DNA from: Chrysomallon squamiferum
Lineage: Eukaryota; Animalia; Mollusca
Direction: 5' to 3'
DNA: 64,000 nucleotides
Assembly (NCBI GenBank): GCA_012295275.1
Contig: CM022669.1
Span: forward strand, 5,704,001-5,768,000
In this document: one piece after another, positions 41,115-51,585 of the stretch
Layout: each line of letters opens with the position of its first letter
Numbering within the stretch: position 1 is the stretch's first letter
Notes under the pieces: model-generated
The model's input: only the letters and a program-made list of their open reading frames with translations
What the model was told of the DNA's origin: nothing
Databases searched by the model: none
Made by a program: the position numbers and the translations under genes

Positions 41115-44100
41115 TTCATAATATGTGCTTGAGAGTGTGTAGATAAATTCCGAGTATTTGGTTTTGCACATCATGTATGTGTGTATCCATTATTTTATTA
41201 CTGATACATATTTATGAGTCTTGTTTCTGTGTGTCTGGTCTTCTACTTAGGCAGGCTGTTGATAAAATAATATCTGTTTATCTCGGACTGGCAGATTTCC
41301 TTCATTTAATAATTTCGAACATAACACTCAAATTACCTGTATTTTTTCTTATTTGCTGCATTTAGATATTTTTATTTTCATTTTTATTTTTATTTTTTAT
41401 TTTTTGTTGGTATTCCTGGTATCTAAATATTAATTTTTTTTTTTTTTTTTTTTTTTGTAGGTTTGCCAGAAACCTGTGAGCGTGATCACATGACTCGCAC
41501 AATGAGTGAACCTACAACAGCAGGCAGCACTCGCTCACTGAGCAACATACCTGCAGAAATAGAGAACGAATCAAAGGTATTAAACAGAGATCTGAATCAA
41601 ATAAGAGAGAAAAATTTGTAATGACCAAATGAATAAAAAGTAAAAGTCAACTCAAATCAAAATGAATAAAAAGGAAAATTTATGAAGATTGTTTTGATGA
41701 AAAGAAGGAAAAAATTAATATGAAACAAAAATTCATAAAAAGTGAAAATGTTAAACATATGAAGAATCAGAAATTTAAAAGGTATTAGATTCAAAGATTA
41801 AAAATACAAAGAATCGGCCATCTGAAAAAAAGCCTAATGAATCAAAGACAAAATAAGATATATTTTTCTACAAGATAAACAAAATGAATGTTTATAAATA
41901 ATGTTTCTAATAGAATCTAGAGTGAATAAAATGCGAAGAATTCAAATTCTTAAATTGTTTTTGTTATTGTTTTCACTAGACACCACAAGAACTTGCAGGT
42001 CAGAATGCTGGGGGTCTGAGTGACAGTGGCGACTCCTGTGTTCAGGAGGAGTTCCACGGTCTGAATGTCCCGCATTCCAGCATGACCAAGTCCCTCTCTA
42101 CACCCTCCATACCAGCCGCTACAGATGCTGTCAAGTCCAGCGGTAACAGTTATTTATTTATTTTTTTTTTTTATATCTACATTTTCTTAGAGTATGGATA
42201 GCAGTTCTGAATTCTTGATGTTAGTTTTTACGATTTTGTTAAAAAAAAAACCGTTATACTAAACATTTTTTTCTGACTGTTCTCTCAATCTGTTTTACTG
42301 AATAATTCTTTAATTGTTCTGTAAATCTATTTTCTCAGATGTTTTCTTAGAATTATTTATTATTTTGTTTAAATTCTACGAATCTGATTTGTTAGATCTG
42401 TTTAGTTATTCTTTAAATCAGTCTTTTCTTCTTTTTATTTCAAATTTATTTACCAGTTTCATAAACCAGTTTTCTCAGAATCTTCTTAATTCTTCTGTAA
42501 ATTTGTTTTCTCGATTTTTTACCATTTTATAAAAAGGTCATGGCAGACATCATATAACAGGTTTAAGTCTTTCAGTAACTAATTAAACCTTGTTTTGTTT
42601 TTTTCCCCATTATATTCAGAGTCACCAAAATATCGCAGAAACCACGAAGGACGTAAAGATGGTAAACAGTAAGTTGCAGTTTTATTTTTATTTTATTTTA
42701 TTTTTTTTAAATAGTTCTTATATGAATACGTAAATTCATCTGAGCTGTGCTAATATTTATTTCTGTTTGCAGTTTGAAAATAATTTCTATATATAATTTT
42801 TACAATTTTTTATATTATTCAGTCTAACATTATAACTATTGTTGAAGAAGTATTTGTAAAACTAAAGAGTGAAATAACATCAGTATAATCATGGACTCAT
42901 TGTAGATAAACCCATGCACTATTTTGAGCTGATTTGAGCTGATTTGATCTCTGCCAGAAGCAAATTATACAATAAGATCCCCTTGTACACTGATTTGTAT
43001 AATAATAATCATAAAATGATATAACTACACATTAATCTGTAAAAAATGTATTACTCTTGCTGAAGTTAATTTCTTTTTGTAAATATATTTGTTTACTCAT
43101 AATTCAGTGTAGCAAGACAGCTGTTGTGTTGATGGTTTGAAAAGAGGAAATTATTATCAAGCTTAAGAGTATTTGTACATTATACAGATGAAGAGCTTTG
43201 TAATTCTTCAATTAGTTCTAGTCCCGTATAAAATTAAATAAATAATAATAACACAAAATGAATAAATTAAAACAGATTTCTGACGTGAATCACCTTACTA
43301 TTGAAATATGCATACAACAGAAGGTGAATATTATTAAATTATTATTATTTATTATATATGCGTATTTTTTCATATGCAGAACAGTTCCAGCACTGTATAT
43401 AAGTAAATTAAATAAATAAAATAAAAATGAATAAAAATAGGACAACTGTACCTGCCAATAAGCAGCTTGTTAGCAAAATGTTTAGATTTTCTGGTGTCTG
43501 TTGTCTTTTTTATTTTGTCTCAGTTTCCAGGTTTTAGTTTGGTCAGGGCTGCTGTAGTGCATGCAACTGGATAAATTGGTGTTCTTTGAAATATTTTATT
43601 TTGTCATTAATAGTCCAGTAGATCATCAGTGTGTGTTAATGTTAGAGAAGTTTACCATTAATACTTGAGAAACATTTCAGTAATTCAGCAAATTAATACA
43701 TCAAATTTAAAAAAAAATATTTTAAAGAATTTTATTGTTATCGTTTAAATATATTTTTATATTACTTGGTATTTATTTTGGTCTTTATTTATTTATTTAT
43801 CTATCTTTTTATTATTATTATTTTTGTTTTTTTAATTAACTACTAAAAATAAGTGTATGGCTGATTTCGTTTTAGATGATTAATTTTTATATATATATAT
43901 CAATGTAGTGAGCTTTATTTTAAAGATATATGTAATTTTAAAAAATTCATTAAATTTATTCTTTTTCATAATCAATTTAATTTATGTTTATTTACTATTT
44001 TAGGTGCAAATACAGTTTTCATGTACTTAAAGATTTTTCAGAATGGAAATTCATTTTGGTTTTCCTGTTCCATTTCTTTTTTTCTTTTTTTCTAATGGTG

Positions 44101-44567
44101 GAATCAAAATATTATCATTTTCTACATATCATTTCGAAAAAAAAAAAAAAAATTATATATCACTAATAAAATTATGTCTTTATTTCTAATTTTTTTTTAT
44201 ATAAATTATCTTCTTTTTTCTTTTTTTTTTTAATTAAATTTTTTAGTATTATTAGTATTATACAATGAGTGTGGTGTGATGTCCATCCTGTGTCCATCTC
44301 GTGGTCATAGTTGTTGTGACGTGAGCCCTTATTTTGCCCTTTGCCCTGTTATTTCAGACTAGGAGGTCCATCCTACATTCTCATACAAAAACTTATTGAG
44401 GACCATGAGTGAGTTGGTTATCTCCCTTGCATGTTTGTCTCTGCTTGCTTGACTTTTATTATGCATGGCATGTCACATTTTGTGTTTATTAGCCGTATGC
44501 ATTATTAGTTATTATTAAAATTCAGTATTTAATCTGTTTTAATCCAGTGTCAAAATTATGAGGAAAC

Positions 44568-44635
<68 letters not shown>

Positions 44636-46749
44636 AGAAGGTTTAGTATGGGTGTGTGTATGTGTAACTGACTGTGCATCATGACTCAAGCATTTTACTT
44701 GAAAGTCAATATTTAATCACATTATTTGTGAAAACTTTCAGCACAGTGTGAACACAGTTTTAAAGAGCACAAATCTATAAATGTGTTTATGTAATTTAAA
44801 CTATTTTTATTATTGTTGACTTATAATCTATTCTTCTTCTTCATCTTCTCCATTTTTTCTTCTTCTTATTATTATTAATATTGTTATTATTAAGTTACCT
44901 TAAATTGTCCTATTCATCTTGAAAGAAAAATTCTTTTACTTTTTATAAATATTGCCTATTAAATCTGAAAATGACATCATTTCCAAACATTCTGTTACAC
45001 TATATGATTAAATTAAAACACAACTAATTATCTTGACTAATTTTCATATTTTCATTCAGCAAACCTAGACTTATTCGTCAGTTTAAAACAATAAGAAAAA
45101 AGAAAAGGTAAAGAAACAAAAAAACACTGTTCTTGTCCTTCACAACCTGCACAAAACAACTCCTGTTACCATGGTGATGAAGTGACACATCCAAAACAAG
45201 AACTTCTATTCATTTCACCAAAATGACCAGAACTGACCTTAATACTTCATCACTGACCTCCATGATTTTATAATGACCTTGAGTTTTGTTTTCAAGGTCT
45301 CCAATCGTTTACATTGACCTCAAGTGTTTTTTAATATGACACTGAGAGTTTCTCCAGTTTCATTATTTTCCAAAGACCTGAAGTAATTTCAAATACATTT
45401 ATCATTTTTTTCAACTTGCAGCAATGGCTTTTTCTTCTGTTATAAATTATTGCTCTTCACTGCCTTTCACCAGTTCTCATAATAGCTATATGCTATACAA
45501 TATTATTATTTATTTTCCCACTGCCCTCAGTTATTTTCAATAACATCCATCACTGACCTATTGTACTTTTCATCACTAAACAGGTTTTTTTTTTTCCAGA
45601 AACCTCCAGACCTTCACTTATGTTAAATATTACACACAACTTTCTGTATTTCTTCACCACCCAACGACCTTGACATTGTTTATCAGTGCCTACTATACAT
45701 TGCAAATTCTTGTCAGAATTTATGGAGTTTTTTTAATTATAGAAATTATTTAATTTAAATGCCCTCATAGTTTATGTTAATACACTTATTTAGATATGGC
45801 AGTTGTATTTTAACAACAGTTTTATGAAATGATTTTCTGATTTATATTATATAAAATTGAATCTATTTTCAGTTTATCAAATAATATTAATTTATTACAT
45901 TTTTAAAAGCATCACAAGAATTATGTTTCAGATTGTCTTTTGTATTTTTCTTTAAAAAAAAAATATTTTTACTTTATGGAATCAAAAGTTACTGTTTCTC
46001 AGTTATTTAACAATAAATATATTGTTAGCATCAGACTTTCATTCTTCTCTCTCTCTTTGTCTCTCTTCTCTCATTGGCTTTGTCTGTCTCTCTGTCTCTC
46101 TCTTCCTGTCTGACTCTCTCTCTCAGTACTAGCACATGATATTTTTTGGCATACAACACTGAACATTATGTTTGATATGACCAGCATGTTTTATATAACC
46201 TCTACATGTGTTATTTTGATGCATGTTAATATTTAAATTAGATAATAATAAATCATAGCTAAGCATGGCTTTTTTTTTTCAGTTACTTTCTTACATTAAC
46301 ACCATCAGTGTTGCTTTTAACACTTTAAATACAATAAAAATGTTTTCGAGCTGGAAAAAATATTGTTACTTTCATCACTGTAAACACAGAGAAATTTGAT
46401 AACATATTATTACTCAAATCTCTATAAATATAAAGAGAATTTGTTACATTTTGGATAATGACTGCAGTGAGTATTTATTACAGTTATTCTTAATTGATAA
46501 AATAATGTTACCCTGACCAAGACACAGTTATTATGTTTTTTTCCAAATCATCAATATGCCAATTTTTTTTTCTTCTTTTTTAAAAATATTTGTTGGTCAT
46601 TGGTGTTTTTAATTAAACTTTTAGTCAGAATGATGAATAAACATGATATACTTGATCAAATTAATGATTTTCATATAAAGAATAAATCAACAAACATGTT
46701 GTGTATAGAAAGATATGACACAGAGAGACAGACCATGATTATAAATTTA

Positions 46750-46790
<41 letters not shown>

Positions 46791-47482
46791 CTCTCTCTCT
46801 CTATTTGTTTCCTAGCTTCCATTGTTAGATTTTTCATATTTGTTTTTCTTCTGAATATTTTCCCTCTTGAACTTATAAAAAGATTAAAGTGAAGTATGAC
46901 ATAGTTAGTGTGAAGAATGACAACCTATTGCCACTGTTAGACAGAGTTACTTCAACCAGTGTCGAGTAGCAGGAGATGAAACATCTATAATATCTGTGTT
47001 AATGTGTTTTCTACTCAGATTTCCATTTGTTTGAAAACCAGCATCTGGTTTTGTGTTGTAGTATTAAGTGAAATATCACAAAAAACAACAACAACGTAAT
47101 AATAATAATAATAATCTGACATTAAATAATATTTAAACCTTTGAACAACAACAATAATAATAAAAACCATTCACTTTTTTCACCTTTTGAAAAATTGATG
47201 ATTGTCAGTAATATCCCAAAACATTAATTTTGCCTTCTAAAAATATATTTATTTATGATTATAAAGTTATTTTTAAATAATATCATCATCAGTATCATTT
47301 TCTGATCTTTTCAATAAGCAGCAAGTGATACTTAGATAAAAAAAAATCCCATATATCGGCATTTGGAAAACTAGTTGTTCTACATTGGTTGGAACAGGAT
47401 AGTGTTTGTTGTATGTACCATGGAGTATTGACCCAGTAATCTATCATACCTCAGCAAATCATGAAAGTTCAACTAGTTCCTG

Positions 47483-47514
<32 letters not shown>

Positions 47515-48954
47515 AACAGAATTTAAATAAAACCTTAGTTGTTTTTTTAACAAAACAGATTATTAAAACTATTTTTAATTGTTAGACTTTTTCTGATATA
47601 CATTTGAATCACTTTTATATTCATCTTTGCACTGTGTTAGTAACATACAAAGATGTATGTTTATTTTATTTTATTTTTTTATTTACACATATTGTGTATT
47701 ACACACTTGATGTTGTATATTAAACACTAATAATGTATGTCACAATATCTTATTAAGTGTATTTCATAAATATTTACATTGTTACTGCTTGTCATTGCCT
47801 TACTAACATGTTTGTAACAAGGTTACTGGGGAATTATAAGATTAGTAATATCACAATAAGTTTAATGCATTTTGAGAAACTGACTTAAATTGCATAAAGT
47901 TTATAGTTCATGTGTGTATGTTTCAAAGAGGGAGTGTGCTGTATGTAGTGCTTCAGTTTAATTTCATTTTATGAAGTTAATTATAATCTGAGATAAACTG
48001 TAAAATACTTCACATATTTATTATTGTTATGTAGCATCCATTTAAAAATATTTGAGAGAGAAAAGAAATTCAATTAAAAATATAAAAATAAAACCTGTTT
48101 TTGAATATACCATGTCATAATTATTAATGGTAAAAAATAATAATAATAAATAAAATGATTCTTTTAAAGCAATATTTAAGTTAATAATGGATAAAGCCAA
48201 TGAATAATTTAAACAATAATGATAATGCTTTTTCTATAAAGGATATTAAGAAATGGTTTTAAAAATAAATCATTTATTGAAATGTGTTTTATTACTTTCA
48301 CAATTTTAACACTCATGAATTTGATTCTTTCAACTGATAATTTTCACAAATTACACAGTAATGTATTTAATATTTTCACAATTTTACCTCATTTGTATTT
48401 GATTGTTTCTGTTGATACATCTTTAACATTTTCACAGTTTTTAACACCAGTGTTTTTGTTGTTTTCACAGTGCACAGTTTCAGCGACAGCGTGAGGTGGA
48501 AGAAGAAGATGAGCATGTTGTTGCTGCAGTCCCTGCTTTCAACACCAGCAGACACAGAGAAATTTCTCTGCGTGACTTTCTTTCAGAGTATGCGTTCTCC
48601 TTTATTGTCATTAAAGCATAGTTGTCAGTAATGTTTTTGTGAAAAACTGTAGACAACTTAATACAGGACTTTATTGTCAGTGTCTCATTAAACATTTATT
48701 CTTTTCCTTCTCTTGAAACTGAAAAGATTAATTTTAATTTTGCTGGAAGAGCAAAAATAAAATGCCATTTGTAACATTATTTATTTTACTCCAGAAAAGA
48801 AATTAAAATTTAACTGATAAACTAAAGATATTCCTAAATTATTACTATCTCTATTGTTATTATTATTATTATAAATGCATTTCTAATAATTATTTTATTT
48901 TTATGTAATATTTTTATATTAACTATATTAACTATTTAAAAATTTTTTTCATTA

Positions 48955-49005
<51 letters not shown>

Positions 49006-51238
49006 TATTTATTTATTTTTATTTGTAATAGTATTAGTTCTGTTATGATTCTGATTATTGTTATTTTTATTCTGTTTTAATTTAAATTATAATATCACAT
49101 CTTACATAAAATTATAAATGACTGTATATTTCAGGTCAACCAGTTTAGAATCTTCGGATGACCAGCGGTCAACAAAAGGCTCACGCAAAGATGAAGAAAG
49201 GAAAAAACGCAAACCTAGCGTCTTTTCACGATTTCAGAGCAGTTACAGAACGAAAAAGGTAGCTTAATTTTAACAGTATTGCTCTATATATTTTTTTTAT
49301 AGACATTCATGTTTTTATGTTTTCTTTTAAATTTATTTTCAACCTGTGAAGAACTTGCAAGAAGAGTCTTTGTATCATTATCATGTGTTCTTAACTAGGT
49401 GATGTTAAAATACATAGAAAGTTAGATATAGAATTTGTGTAAAATGCCATCCATGTTTTACAGAGACTCTGCCGAGGGGCTACTTTTTGCTTAAAGTGGA
49501 AAGCACAGATATCATTTTAAAACATTTGTCAGAAAATGATTACACTTTTTACACAAAGCCTGTCAGAAGAGAAAAGGAAAACATTTTGCAATGGCACCAT
49601 ATTTTGCACAAAATTTATCAACAGATATTGTAATTTCAATAGTCTTATCAGAAGAGAGGCAACATTTTACACTAAGTCTGTCAGCAGATGCCATATTTTA
49701 TACAAAGTCTGTCAGCTTAGAGACCACATTTTACACAAAGTCTATTGACAGAAAGGCCCTATTTTATAAAACTGCAACAGCAGAGGCCACATTTTACACT
49801 AAGTTTATCAGCAGAGAAGCCACACTTTACACTAAGTCTGTCAGCAGAATGCCATATTTTATACAAAGTCTGTCAGCAGAGACCACATTTTACACTAAGT
49901 TTATCAGCAGAGAAGCCACACTTTACACAAAGTCTGACAGCAGAAAGGCACATTTTATAGAATTTGTATCAGCAGAGGCCACATTTTATAGAAACTCTAT
50001 CAGCAGAGACCACATTTTATAGAAACTGTATCAGCAGAGACCACATTTTATAGAAACTGTATCAGCAGAGACCACATTTTATAGAAACTGTATCAGCAGA
50101 GACCACATTTTATAGAAACTATCAGCAGAGGCCACATTTTATAGAAACTGTATCAGCAGAGACCACATTTTATAGAAACTGTATCAGCAGAGACCACATT
50201 TTATAGAAACTGTATCAGCAGAGACCACATTTTATAGAAACTGTATCAGCAGAGACCACATTTTATAGAAACTGTATCAGCAGGGGCCACATTTTACACA
50301 ATCTTCTTAATTGGCTGAGAGTCTCTTCAGGTTATTGAACTCATGTAGCTGTCAGTTTTCATTAACTCTGACAATGAGCAGTTCACACTTGAGGTTACAG
50401 CTGGGTTACTCAAGGCTTTGGTTACCATGATCATGTCTGCTGAAGGATTGAGATAAGCATTTGTTAACAACCGTGTCCAGAAAATGCAGGATTTCATGTT
50501 CAAAAAATAGTTATTGCAATAAGTATTAATACTTCTTTGCTGGTTATGTGTCTGAATAATGGCATTTCTGTAGTCTGTGTAGGAAAGACCTTGTTTGATT
50601 TTTGAGTGTTTACAAAAGATGTCTTTTCGATATATAGTGTAAGAAATAGTTGTTATATTAGTGTTATATATCTTTATCTTTATATTTGTAATTAGCTTTT
50701 TAAATATGTTTAGTTATCTCCATGTCTGTAGTGTAGATGGGTTAATCAGTGTGCACTAAATCTTTCTAAGATAGCATGAAGCAGGATGATAAATAAATAA
50801 AATTAAAATTAAAAAAATAAAATTAATAAAACAAAATTAAATAAATAAAACACAACCATGTAAAAAACAAACAAAAAACAAACAAATAAACAAACAAACA
50901 AGCAAACAAATAAGTAAATAAATAAAGGTATTAACAAATGTTGAGTCTGTTTATAATGAGATATATAAAATATTTAACAGATGTGAGACTGAACAACTGT
51001 CTGATCGTCTGACATGCTTGAAATATTTGCACTTAATGGACATTCTTCAGTTACACTGCAGGCTTGTTTTCCGAGCCATCCTTATTTTTTCTTATTTTTT
51101 TTTTCACTTTAAAGTCTGAAATTATTGCATGCATTAAGTAAACTGGCTAAGAAACAACTTTCATCATATTAGTTTGCTTATTCATGCAGAGTGGACAGTA
51201 ACATGGTGAGTTTGGGAGAAAGAAGGGAGGGAGAGGGG

Positions 51239-51306
<68 letters not shown>

Positions 51307-51553
51307 ATTTATTTTATAATAAATCAAAACATTTTTATGTCAGGACATATATAGATGTAAGACTGAAGTATGTGTTACTTTTATCAGTCACTACAAGGAC
51401 TAGTTTATATGTGTTTACTCATCATAGTCTGTAACAGTCCAGTAATTGTCAGTATGAAATAGCAGAGAGAAAATTAAAGAAATGCCACAGATGCACACAT
51501 TAATATAAAATAAGGCTCAGTATTTTATATTATTTATTTTTAATCTAGTAAAA

Positions 51554-51585
<32 letters not shown>

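Noticed and set aside
49536-50022. Repetitive ORFs (ATFYTKS...)
   Set aside because: By-product of the 30-31-bp tandem repeat, with frames switching between units
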